A stretch of 64,000 nucleotides of DNA, counting the filler, from a bacterium (GTDB taxonomy: Bacteria; UBA9089; CG2-30-40-21; SBAY01): assembly GCA_040757115.1 (NCBI GenBank). It is 8 parts of 8 records of this genome, joined end to end, with 100 filler letters (N's around TTAATTAATTAA, not from the genome) between each part and the next. Parts side by side here need not be neighbours in the genome. Positions count along the whole stretch, not along the records: positions 34,478 to 42,843 come from JBFLYA010000163.1; positions 42,944 to 51,287 come from JBFLYA010000164.1; positions 51,388 to 59,693 come from JBFLYA010000165.1; 5 more parts are not named here. One strand, 5' to 3'. Both the position numbers and the translations under genes were made by a program. Positions 42,397 through 51,561 of the stretch are shown one piece after another. Position 1 is the first letter of the stretch, and each line of letters begins with the position of its first letter. Below the pieces are notes generated by a model. That model was given only the letters and a program-made list of their open reading frames with translations. It had not been told where the DNA came from and did no database searches.

Positions 42397-42840
42397 ATGA
42401 TGAATCTTTTTCAAACAATTAATACATCTGGCTCAGGACTTACCGCAGAACAATTACGAATGGATGTAATTGCTAATAATATTGCGAATGTGAATACAAC
42501 TCGAACTCCACAAGGAGGCCCTTATCGTCGACAAAGAGTACTATTTACTCCTCGTGAACCGCAGGTATTTTTTAATATACCATTTGTTAAATCACAGGTT
42601 ATCTACAATGGTAAAGGGGTGCGTGTCGTAGGTATTGAAGAAGACCCTTCTCCATTTAAAATAGAATATCGACCTGAACATCCAGATGCAGATAAAGATG
42701 GTTATGTTCGGTTGCCAAATGTAAATGTAGTTTTGGAGATGACGGATATGATTACCGCGACCAGGGCTTATGAGGCAAATGTAGCCGCAATGCGGTCTGC
42801 AAAAGAAATGATGATTAGGGCACTGGATATTAGTAGATAA
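42397..42840 (+). CDS. flgC: Flagellar basal-body rod protein FlgC
   Basis: RMDVIANNIANVNTTR, HPDA..GYV..PNV, ATRAYEAN. Confidence 0.95.
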   Translation: MMNLFQTINTSGSGLTAEQLRMDVIANNIANVNTTRTPQGGPYRRQRVLFTPREPQVFFNIPFVKSQVIYNGKGVRVVGIEEDPSPFKIEYRPEHPDADKDGYVRLPNVNVVLEMTDMITATRAYEANVAAMRSAKEMMIRALDISR

Positions 42841-42950
42841 AACNNNNNNNNNNNNNNNNNNNNNNNNNNNNNNNNNNNNNNNNNNNNTTAATTAATTAAN
42901 NNNNNNNNNNNNNNNNNNNNNNNNNNNNNNNNNNNNNNNNNNNTATCAAA

Positions 42951-43064
42951 ATGCAAAATTACAAATCAAATTTCAAAGAGGAAGTAGCAGGGTTTCTCAA
43001 AGAGTTGGAGGAATTTGGTAATATCTTTGCTTCAAGTATTTTAACGCTGAAAGGAAAGAGATAA
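42951..43064 (+). pseudogene. Internally deleted four-helix-bundle (TIGR02436-like) gene inside heptamer inverted repeats
   Basis: 37-aa mini-ORF MQNYKSNFKEEVAGFLKELEEFGNIFASSILTLKGKR; copies at 59594-59693(-) and 33599-33665(-). Confidence 0.65.
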
Positions 43065-43218
43065 TTTTACATTTTGATATGTAATTTTTATATTTGCTTT
43101 TTGCATTTTGCTCTTTGGAGGAAATCCCTTTTGGACACCAAATCTGCATAGATTTCACGATTAGAGTTATTTTCAGACACCACCGATTTTCTGACCTCTA
43201 TCCTCTAACTGCGGTAAA

Positions 43219-43596
43219 GTGATAAAAATGGATATATTCAAATTAGCTGATTTAGTCAGAACTCAAGAAACTGTTCAAAAAGAACCTGATACCTTTAAAC
43301 GAAAACCTGCTCCTGAAATATCTTTTGAAGAGGCAATTAAACATCCAAAAGAATTTGCTCCGACAAAAGGTCAGGAAACGGTTATCTCTAAAGGTGAGGA
43401 TAAACTTACTTTATCTGCAGAAGGTAAAACTGCCTACGAAATAACTAAACTTATCCTTGCTGTATTAAAAACTGAAGATATAAGAGAAGATAAGGTTATG
43501 ATGGCAAAGGAATTATTAAATACAGGTCGCCTTTTAACCCGCCAGGGTATATTGGAAATAACTGCCAGGAAGTTAATTAAAGGCATAGGAATCTGA
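43219..43596 (+). CDS. FlgM-like anti-sigma28 factor (divergent)
   Basis: DKLTLSAEG...EDIREDKV..AKELLNTG...ITARKLI pattern. Confidence 0.5.
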   Translation: MIKMDIFKLADLVRTQETVQKEPDTFKRKPAPEISFEEAIKHPKEFAPTKGQETVISKGEDKLTLSAEGKTAYEITKLILAVLKTEDIREDKVMMAKELLNTGRLLTRQGILEITARKLIKGIGI

Positions 43597-43671
43597 AATC
43601 TGACACTAATCTTTCTTTGTCATTATTTAATTAGTAACTATATGCCTTTCTAAAAAACTCCTTATTTTTTC

Positions 43672-44037
43672 GTAACTATTCAGCCAGTGATTGACACGGA
43701 TTAACACAGATTGACACGGATAAATAGCAAAGGGCAGAAGGCAGAGGGCAGAAGGCAGAGGGCAGAGGAGACAGAAGACAGAGGTCAGAGGCGGATTATC
43801 CCCCGCTGGCGGGGGTTAGGGGGTAGAAATTTCCTCCACTGACACAGATGAAATCAGGCTCGGGGCACCCATGCAGAGCATGGGTCGTGCGCCTACCAGC
43901 CTTCCCGAGTCCCGAACCCCGAGTCCCGAGTCCCGATTTTCAGAAGAACCCTTCAGCCTAATTACGGACACGGAAAACGGACATGGATTATGAATTTTCA
44001 GTGTTTCATCCGTGTCCATCAGTGGCTGAATAGTTAC
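43672..44037. mobile_element. Complete composite MITE, TIR GTAACTATTCAGCC
   Basis: GTAACTATTCAGCCAGTGAT ... ATCAGTGGCTGAATAGTTAC enclosing several repeat modules. Confidence 0.85.
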
Positions 44038-44072
44038 AAAAATCCTTGACTTCTATATGGTAGTCTAACCCA

Positions 44073-44624
44073 TTATCCCCTAATCCATAAATTTCTGCTA
44101 ATTAAGATAATCCCGGCTAAAATGGCTAAAAAGGTCAAATGCTCACTATTGCCTTTTACCTGTTCAAAACTCCATTTTTTTATCGCTTTGCCTTCTGGAC
44201 GGTATGGAGTTAATTTGGGGATAAGATTGGGGACCTGTTTTGCGTAGGCAATGTATTCTTCCCCGAATATCTTTTCTAATCGAGAACCTTCTTTTTCTAG
44301 TTTATAAGGAAGATACTGAAAGAAAAAAACGGTTAATCCAAAGGCAAGGATGTAGAAATTATAAGCACACAGGCACATACCAATTATCACCAGGAGTGTG
44401 CCTATGTAAAGTGGATTTTTGACATAGGCGTAAGGTCCGGTGATGGTCAAGGATTTATCCTTTTTCAGGTGACCGGCTGCCCAAAACCGAATTGTCTCTC
44501 CCACTGAAACTATCACTACGCCAATTAAAAAAGGCACAGGTCGTGCTTCAGAAAAGATAATTAAAAGAAGAGCAATGATACAAGAAAATATTTGTTTGAT
44601 AGTTATATTTTTTAGTGAAACCAT
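44073..44624 (-). CDS. Isoprenylcysteine carboxylmethyltransferase/PEMT family membrane protein
   Basis: LTITGPYAYVKNPLYIG, LEKIFGEEYIAYAKQVP. Confidence 0.85.
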   Translation of the reverse strand: MVSLKNITIKQIFSCIIALLLIIFSEARPVPFLIGVVIVSVGETIRFWAAGHLKKDKSLTITGPYAYVKNPLYIGTLLVIIGMCLCAYNFYILAFGLTVFFFQYLPYKLEKEGSRLEKIFGEEYIAYAKQVPNLIPKLTPYRPEGKAIKKWSFEQVKGNSEHLTFLAILAGIILISRNLWIRG

Positions 44625-44750
44625 ATCTTTTAGAATTAAGTATACTATAAGATTCTAAAGTTAGTCAACAAAATTTCGACCTGTGCAGTTAGCAATAATC
44701 TGACAACTAACTTTTGCACGAAAATATCTATCACTTTCTCAATAAACATA

Positions 44751-44897
44751 TCGCTCCTACGGAGCTAATTTGATGTTGAGACGATAAATCTATAAACATT
44801 TCGCCCTTACAGGGCTGAATATATTTTTAAACTCCGTTAGGAGTGATATATTTGTAGACTATGATAATCCTTAAAGAATTCAGCTCCGTAGGAGCGA
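44751..44897. repeat. REP-like palindrome cluster, 4 copies (2+2 inverted)
   Basis: TCGCTCCTACGGAGCT, TCGCCCTTACAGGGCT, ACTCCGTTAGGAGTGA, AGCTCCGTAGGAGCGA. Confidence 0.75.
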
Positions 44898-44946
44898 AAT
44901 GTTTAACTTAATTTAACTGACCAATTACACACCTGCGGAGTTTATC

Positions 44947-47484
44947 CTATAGAGGAGAATGCGAATTTCCAAAATTATCTTTATAGAATTGGTCAACCCG
45001 GCTAATATTCTCCACTTGTTTTTCTTCTCCTAACAATGCCTGTAAGAACTCCGGGAACTTTACTGTTTTCCCATTATCTACTTTAAAACAAACTAATAAC
45101 TCATTTGGTTCATTTGCAGTGATTTGGTCGATAAACTGGCGGATATTTAGCTCTTTGCCTTCTCTAAAACTTAAGATTTCCTCTTTTGCCAGAAATTCTT
45201 CAATCTTTGATTTTGAGATACATTCTTTTAGTTGTATTTTGTAGACTAATCGATTGATAAGAGAAGTTAAAGATTGACAATTAGTTGCGACAAAACCTGC
45301 TTGCAGGATTTTTATTCCTTCGGGTAAAGTTTGATTGAGTTGCAGGATTAATTCATCCAACTTTATCGGTCGATATAAATCTAAATCCGCATACTCTGCC
45401 TGACTACTTATTCCTACGGCTAATGCGTGTGAAAGGGAAAGTTTTGGATGAGGATTATAGCCCTGAGTCATCGCCACAGGAATATTTGCCCTTCGCATCG
45501 CCCGCATTAAAACCCGCATCAGGTCTAAATGGGAGATATATTGCACATCCCCTTTTTTGGTGAACTTAATCCTTACCCTTAGTTTGGTAACTGGTAATTG
45601 GTAATTGGTAATTGGTAACTGGTGATTGGTAACTGGTGATTGGTAATTGGTGATTGGCAACTGGTATTTTGGCTCTGTGCTCTGATAAGTGCATTCTTTT
45701 TCCAGACCACATTGATTGCATTTTTGAGTTTCTCTACAATCTGGAGTTTCCTCTCCTTTAATTGCCTTTTGGTATTCTTGCCAGAGAAAATCTTTAGTTA
45801 CGCCTGCATCAATATGGTTCCAGGGTAGAATGTCATTAAAATCCATTGGTCTATTCGCATAAAACATCGGGTTGATATTCATCGTTTCAAATGCCTTCTG
45901 CCATTTGTCAAAGTCAAAATACTCGTTCCAGCCATCAAATTTACACCCTGATTCATAAGCCTTTAATAACACCGCTCCTAATCTGCGGTCGCCTTTTGAG
46001 AAGACTGCCTCTAAAAAACTTAAATTTGTATCATGCCAGCTAATTTCTATTTTTTCCCCTGGCAATTTATCAAGGAGATAATGTTGTCTGGCGATTAATT
46101 CCTCTTTGGGCAATTGTCCACACCATTGAAATGGTGTATGCGGTTTTGGGACATAAGAAGATAGGCTTATCTTTAGATTATGTCTGCCTTTACAAATCTT
46201 ATTTATTTTATAAATAATATCAATAATTCCATCTAAATCCTCATAATTTTCGAGTGGCAAACCAATTATGAAATAGAGTTTCACCCCGCGCCAACCTGCT
46301 TGAAATATAGACTGAATGGCATTAGTTAGTTCTTCAAGCATCACTTTTTTATTAATTACCTTTTGCATCTTTGAAGTGCCTACCTCCGGGACAAGCGTCA
46401 GACCCGTAGGTTTGATTTTAGACAGGATAGATGAAATTTCCGTGATAGGTGGTTTTACCCGTAAAGAAGGTAAGGATAAACTTACACTATTGCCAAATTG
46501 TGTATGGAGACAATTGACTAAATTTAAAATATAAGAATACTGCGAGGTGCTCAAAGAGCCCAATGATAATTCTTCATAGCCGGTGTTAGAGATAAGTTCA
46601 GTAGCCTGATTCAAGAGGCAAGATACCGACCTTTCCCGAAGTGGACGATAGACCATTCCAGCATGACAAAATCGACAGCCTTGCGTGCAACCTCGTTGAA
46701 TCTCTAATGATGCCCGGTCATGAACAATATTCATAAAGGGAATGATTTGTTTAATTGGGAATTTTGCATTATCAAGGTTTTTAATAATACGCTTTTTGAT
46801 TTTTTCAGGGACATCGGCTATTTTTGGACTAAATTTTTTAATCCGTCTATCTCTATCATAATCTACCTGATAAAAAGAAGGGACATACACGCCTTCTATT
46901 TTACTTAAAGCGAGTAAAAGGGCTGATTTTGATTTATGCCGATTTTGTTTATAAACCTCGATTAATTCAAGGATAATTTCTTCTCCATCACCAATGCAGA
47001 ATAAATCAATAAAATCAGCTAACGGTTCCGGGTTAAAAGTTAGAGGACCACCCGCAATAACTAATGGAAATTGTTTATTGCGGGAAGAAGCAAGAAGAGG
47101 GATTTGGGCTAAATCAAGCATATTCAGGATATTCGTATAGGTCAATTCATATTGTAGGCTAAATCCCAGAATATCAAAATCTTTAATGGGTAGTCGTGAT
47201 TCAAGGCTAAAAAGCAGGATAGCGTTTTTCCGCATTACTTCCTGTGCATCAAACCACGGGGTATAGACCCGTTCTGCGGATACATCCTCCACATCATTAA
47301 GTATCTGATAAAGAATCTTCAGACCCAGATGAGACATCCCGATTTCATAAACATCCGGAAAGGCTAAGGCTACTTTTACCGACACCTTTGCCCAATCCTT
47401 ATGAATGCTATTAACTTCATTTCCTAAGTATCGCGTCGGTTTGGATACTTGGGTTAGTAAAGGGGTTATATCAATTTTATTCAT
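44947..47484 (-). CDS. TIGR03960-type B12-binding radical SAM fused to DUF2344 (TIGR03936) domain
   Basis: KPTRYLGNE, FPDVYEIGMSHLG, RGCTQGCRFC, KPHTPFQW, YISHLDL...GYNPHPK. Confidence 0.9.
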   Translation of the reverse strand: MNKIDITPLLTQVSKPTRYLGNEVNSIHKDWAKVSVKVALAFPDVYEIGMSHLGLKILYQILNDVEDVSAERVYTPWFDAQEVMRKNAILLFSLESRLPIKDFDILGFSLQYELTYTNILNMLDLAQIPLLASSRNKQFPLVIAGGPLTFNPEPLADFIDLFCIGDGEEIILELIEVYKQNRHKSKSALLLALSKIEGVYVPSFYQVDYDRDRRIKKFSPKIADVPEKIKKRIIKNLDNAKFPIKQIIPFMNIVHDRASLEIQRGCTQGCRFCHAGMVYRPLRERSVSCLLNQATELISNTGYEELSLGSLSTSQYSYILNLVNCLHTQFGNSVSLSLPSLRVKPPITEISSILSKIKPTGLTLVPEVGTSKMQKVINKKVMLEELTNAIQSIFQAGWRGVKLYFIIGLPLENYEDLDGIIDIIYKINKICKGRHNLKISLSSYVPKPHTPFQWCGQLPKEELIARQHYLLDKLPGEKIEISWHDTNLSFLEAVFSKGDRRLGAVLLKAYESGCKFDGWNEYFDFDKWQKAFETMNINPMFYANRPMDFNDILPWNHIDAGVTKDFLWQEYQKAIKGEETPDCRETQKCNQCGLEKECTYQSTEPKYQLPITNYQSPVTNHQLPITNYQLPVTKLRVRIKFTKKGDVQYISHLDLMRVLMRAMRRANIPVAMTQGYNPHPKLSLSHALAVGISSQAEYADLDLYRPIKLDELILQLNQTLPEGIKILQAGFVATNCQSLTSLINRLVYKIQLKECISKSKIEEFLAKEEILSFREGKELNIRQFIDQITANEPNELLVCFKVDNGKTVKFPEFLQALLGEEKQVENISRVDQFYKDNFGNSHSPL
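45585..45668. repeat. 12 x TGGT(A/G)A(T/C) heptamer array in frame inside CDS linker
   Basis: 84 bp encoding YQLPITNYQSPVTNHQLPITNYQLP. Confidence 0.9.
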
Positions 47485-47511
47485 AATTAATTAGATGGTT
47501 ACCAATCACCA

Positions 47512-47820
47512 TTACTTAAACATCTCTATAAATTTTCCAAAGAATTTATGTTTATGTTCGTGTTCGCGTTTTTGGAGTTCTTCTAATTCACCTTTATCAA
47601 ACCACAGCCCTTCGCATTTATCACATTTATCCAGCACAATTCCTTCTATATTAATGTGGTGCAATTCATGTCCACATTTTGGACAGTGCATAAAATGGAG
47701 TTCTTTTTGCTTTTCCTCTTCCGCTATCCTTTTCTTTTCTTTTGCCGTCTCGATTAAATCCTCTTCATGTTGTTTAAACCATTTATCTTCTTGTTCATGT
47801 TTTTCGACTTCTGATGACAT
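47512..47820 (-). CDS. zf-TFIIB-type double zinc-ribbon protein
   Basis: MHCPKCG...LDKCDKCEGLWFDKGELE. Confidence 0.85.
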   Translation of the reverse strand: MSSEVEKHEQEDKWFKQHEEDLIETAKEKKRIAEEEKQKELHFMHCPKCGHELHHINIEGIVLDKCDKCEGLWFDKGELEELQKREHEHKHKFFGKFIEMFK

Positions 47821-48335
47821 AGTTTTTTCACCTCCTTTTTTTCCTGCTGTTGATGAATTTCCAGGATTGCTTCCATTTCTTTTATTATTGGTTCATCCTT
47901 TGGGCGTCTTATTGCCTTCTTGGACTTAATTAATCCCTCGACGGTTAAAACAGAACAGGGCATTCCATAGATTTCTATAATCTCAGAATATTGGACTACA
48001 TCTTCATAATTGCCAATTCCTTGCACCTCTCCTAATATATCAATATCTCCAATATCGGTTGAAAAGGTAAAATTCAATCCTATGTGGAGTGTTTTCACAT
48101 CAAAGATAAAAGGTAAATCTTTTGGGGCTCCTCTTAAATACGGATGGAATGGAGCAAGTGCTTTTATGATATTTTCTAAATTCTCTTTGTCTCTGGCATA
48201 ACAAATATCAATATCATAAGTTGGATATGCAGAACCCTGTACCACCGCGGCGCGTCCCCCAATTAGAACAAAATGGACATTTTGATTTTTTAGCGTTGTT
48301 AATATTCTTTTAAAATTTAGCATGTTTTTTTTCAC
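47754..48335 (-). CDS. Nucleotidyltransferase-fold protein (DUF6036/AbiEii-like)
   Basis: FVLIGGRA..QGS...TYDIDI, LIKSKKAIRRPKD. Confidence 0.75.
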   Translation of the reverse strand: MKKNMLNFKRILTTLKNQNVHFVLIGGRAAVVQGSAYPTYDIDICYARDKENLENIIKALAPFHPYLRGAPKDLPFIFDVKTLHIGLNFTFSTDIGDIDILGEVQGIGNYEDVVQYSEIIEIYGMPCSVLTVEGLIKSKKAIRRPKDEPIIKEMEAILEIHQQQEKKEVKKLCHQKSKNMNKKINGLNNMKRI

Positions 48336-48510
48336 CGGCTTTCCTTAATTCTGCTATTTCTTTCAAGAAGTTGTCATGTCTTTTCATTCTTTGCGTTGGC
48401 GTCAGTGCCAGGGTGGAATACAGCAAAGTAACATCAAGCCCATAATCTATTGCTTCCTGTATTGCGTTTTTAGTTTTATATTCACCATTTGCTTCTTTTA
48501 TTTTATTCAT
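48310..48510 (-). CDS. Small partner protein of the nucleotidyltransferase
   Basis: YGLDVTLL...LALTPTQR; overlaps the downstream gene. Confidence 0.65.
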   Translation of the reverse strand: MNKIKEANGEYKTKNAIQEAIDYGLDVTLLYSTLALTPTQRMKRHDNFLKEIAELRKAGEKKHAKF

Positions 48511-49024
48511 CTTCCAAACCCTTTATTTTAAACAATACATAGCCTGTAATGATTAATATCACTCCAGATACCGCTACCGGGAGGAGCACTGGTCCAATCC
48601 ATGGCCAGGGAATAAGAAAATAGCAATCTTGAGTCAATAAAGAAGGTGGCCAGCCAAGCAAAATATACAAAGAAATATAATAAACTATATCCCAGATAGC
48701 AAATGTCCAGAGGAAGATACAGAATGACTCTAATTTTCTTTTACCAACTAAGAAAGATAAGGATAAGAGGATAATAATTGTTGCCACCTCGCGAGTCTGC
48801 TCAATAAATAACAGGTTATAGTCACGCATTGTTGTAGCTATCGTTACCTCGGCCCATTTTTCTTGTGGCATAGTTTTTAATATATTCCGAATATAAGCAA
48901 CAACTATCCCTTCAAGATGACCGAAGGCAATACCAAATAAGGTTAATAAACCCATTTTAGAAAGGAATTTTTTCATCACCTGTTTCCTCTGTAAGAATAT
49001 ATCATATCTCTTAAAAAATTTCAA
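48503..49024 (-). CDS. Conserved hypothetical membrane protein
   Basis: REVATIIIL, FAIWDIVYY, WPPSL, FLIPWPWIGPV; four TMs. Confidence 0.7.
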   Translation of the reverse strand: MKFFKRYDIFLQRKQVMKKFLSKMGLLTLFGIAFGHLEGIVVAYIRNILKTMPQEKWAEVTIATTMRDYNLLFIEQTREVATIIILLSLSFLVGKRKLESFCIFLWTFAIWDIVYYISLYILLGWPPSLLTQDCYFLIPWPWIGPVLLPVAVSGVILIITGYVLFKIKGLEDE

Positions 49025-49093
49025 CTATAATTATGCACCTCAGGGAAAAAAATATATTGACAGAGTCCTGATTATATGTTATATATTAACAAT

Positions 49094-50509
49094 ATGAAGG
49101 TATTTTTGATTAATCCACCTGCCGCTAATGGAGTAAAGGTTGTTCGTGAAGGGCGATGTATGCAACGACAGGGTGCCTGGACTTCTACCTGGTCACCAAT
49201 TACCTTAGCCATCTGTGCCAGTGTTTTAGAAAAGGAAAATATTCAGGTTAGACTTATTGATTGTATTATTAAAAATATCGATTCCAATTCCTTAAAGACC
49301 CAAATTGCTGATTTTAAACCTGACCTCATCATCTTAAATACCTCTACCCCATCAATCAAAAGTGATTTAGAGGTAGCTAAATTGGCTAAAACGGTAGTTC
49401 CATCGGTAAAAATAGCCGCTTTAGGAATTCATGTGAGTATTCTTCCAGAGGAATGTCTGATGCGTTTTTCAGACCTTGATTATTGTATTCGTCGGGAGCC
49501 AGAATTTATCGTTAGAGATTTAAGTTTAGCCTTACGCGATTCAAGAGAAATAAAAGATATTCTGGGGCTTTCTTATCGGTTAAATGGTAAAATTATTCAT
49601 ACCCCGGATAGGGAATTTATTTCAAATTTAGACGAATTGCCTTTTCCTGCCTGGCATTTGATAGACCCACAGGATTATCGTATGCCATTTAAAGATGAGC
49701 CTTTTCTACTTGTGGCTACCTCACGGGGTTGTCCTTACAAATGCACCTTTTGTGCCGACAAGGCATTTTATGGGACTAAATTAAGGCTAAAATCACCTCA
49801 AAGAATAGTGGATGAATTAGAATGGGTAAAACAAAGATTTGGCGTAGGAGAATTTCTATTCTGGAGCGAGTCATTTACCATTAATAATAAATTTGTGATG
49901 GAGGTATGTGAAGAAATCATTTCCAGGGGATTAAAGGTTTCCTGGGTATGCAATAGTCGGGTAGATAATGTGAATTTAACCTTACTTCGGGAGATTAAAG
50001 AGGCAGGATGCTGGATGATTGGCTATGGGGTTGAGTCGGGAAATCAACAGGTTCTGGATAGTGTGAAAAAAGGCACGACATTGGAGCAAACAAAACAGGC
50101 TGTGCAATGGGCAAAAGAAGCTGGACTTGAGGTTACAGGGCATTGCATTCTCGGATTACCAGGCGAAACCGAACAAACGATTAACCAAACAATAAACTGG
50201 ACGATTGACTTAGACCTTGACTTTGCCCAATATTATTGTGCCGTTCCTTTCCCTGGCTCGGAGTTATATTCACAGGCACTTGAACAAAAGTGGAGTAATA
50301 CCACCGACTGGACTAAATTTGAGCAAAATTTCTCCGTATTAGACCTACCAACTATAACTGCAGATAAAATTATGGAATTTCGCAAACAGGCTTTTAAAAA
50401 GTTTTATCTTCGAGGAAAATTAATTTTAAAAACACTTCATAGAATTAAATCTTTTAATCAACTCCGTGCCTTTATTAGGATGATTAGAGATTTCTTGACC
50501 TGGATATGA
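49094..50509 (+). CDS. B12-binding radical SAM protein (BchE/HpnJ-like)
   Basis: KVFLINPP, REGRC, TSRGCPYKCTFC, GVESGNQ, PFPGSELY; start likely ATG 49094. Confidence 0.9.
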   Translation: MKVFLINPPAANGVKVVREGRCMQRQGAWTSTWSPITLAICASVLEKENIQVRLIDCIIKNIDSNSLKTQIADFKPDLIILNTSTPSIKSDLEVAKLAKTVVPSVKIAALGIHVSILPEECLMRFSDLDYCIRREPEFIVRDLSLALRDSREIKDILGLSYRLNGKIIHTPDREFISNLDELPFPAWHLIDPQDYRMPFKDEPFLLVATSRGCPYKCTFCADKAFYGTKLRLKSPQRIVDELEWVKQRFGVGEFLFWSESFTINNKFVMEVCEEIISRGLKVSWVCNSRVDNVNLTLLREIKEAGCWMIGYGVESGNQQVLDSVKKGTTLEQTKQAVQWAKEAGLEVTGHCILGLPGETEQTINQTINWTIDLDLDFAQYYCAVPFPGSELYSQALEQKWSNTTDWTKFEQNFSVLDLPTITADKIMEFRKQAFKKFYLRGKLILKTLHRIKSFNQLRAFIRMIRDFLTWI

Positions 50510-50687
50510 GAGAGCGAATTAAGAGATTAAGCAAATTGAGTGAATGGAGAGATTGAGAGAAGGCTAATCCACTAATTAACTAATTCGCTTAATTAACTCA
50601 ATTCACTAATTTGCTATTTTCTTATTGACATAGAGACAATATCTTTGACTAAATGGATATTTTTATTTCAAAATACTAAATTTTTTC

Positions 50688-50716
50688 TTGACAAATTTTA
50701 AATAATATGATATAAT
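50688..50716 (+). promoter_or_regulatory. Sigma70 promoter
   Basis: TTGACA-N17-TATAAT. Confidence 0.8.
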
Positions 50717-50724
50717 TTAAAATA

Positions 50725-51287
50725 GTGAAAATTATGTATGAAAATAGAATAGAAAAATCTGATATTTTAAAAAAAGAAATAGATTCCTGTCGTCCGATAA
50801 AAGGCTCTTTATTAAAACAGATAAGGGAATATTATAGGATAGGTCTTACCTACTCAAGCAATGCTATTGAAGGGAACTCGCTTACTGAAACTGAAACAAA
50901 GATAGTCTTAGAAGATGGGATAACTATTGGTGGAAAACCCTTAAGAGACCACTATGAAGCAGTAGGACATAGTCAAGCTTATGATTTACTTCTTAAATTA
51001 TCAAAAGAAAGAAAAATAACCGAAGAAAATGTTTTAGATTTGCATCGTCTGTTTTTTTATCACATAGATAGAAAGAATGCTGGGCGATATAGAAAAACAA
51101 GGGTTATTATTACAGGCTCAAGGTATATTCCTCCTTCGCCTGAAAAGATTTCAGAACTAATGAAAAAATTTATTGAGGAACTCCCGAGTATAAAGAAAGC
51201 CAATCACCCCATAGAATATTCTGCTTTATTACACAAGGAATTTGTAGGAATACATCCATTTATTGATGGAAATGGAAGGATAGCCAG
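50725..51287 (+). CDS. Fic family protein, 3' truncated by contig end
   Basis: SNAIEGN inhibitory motif, HPFIDGNGRIA. Confidence 0.92.
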
Positions 51288-51561
51288 NNNNNNNNNNNNN
51301 NNNNNNNNNNNNNNNNNNNNNNNNNNNNNNNTTAATTAATTAANNNNNNNNNNNNNNNNNNNNNNNNNNNNNNNNNNNNNNNNNNNNAAGGGGTGAAAAT
51401 CAAAAAAAAGCAAGAAATTGACGTTTGCAACTCTTTTGAAATCAAGGAGTTAGATGGCAGGAGGGCAATAAGAAAAAGAGTGCATCTGTAACTACAAGCA
51501 AATCAACATGTTGTGAATTTCGTGAAAGGCACAATTACCAAACAAAAGGAGGTATTAAAAA

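Noticed and set aside
42951-43064. Diversity-generating retroelement (Avd-like remnant)
   Set aside because: No reverse transcriptase and no TR/VR pair with adenine-specific mismatches was seen.
42397-43596. Apparent flgB-flgC-flgM cluster
   Set aside because: A contig spacer (42844-42943) separates them, so adjacency is an artefact.
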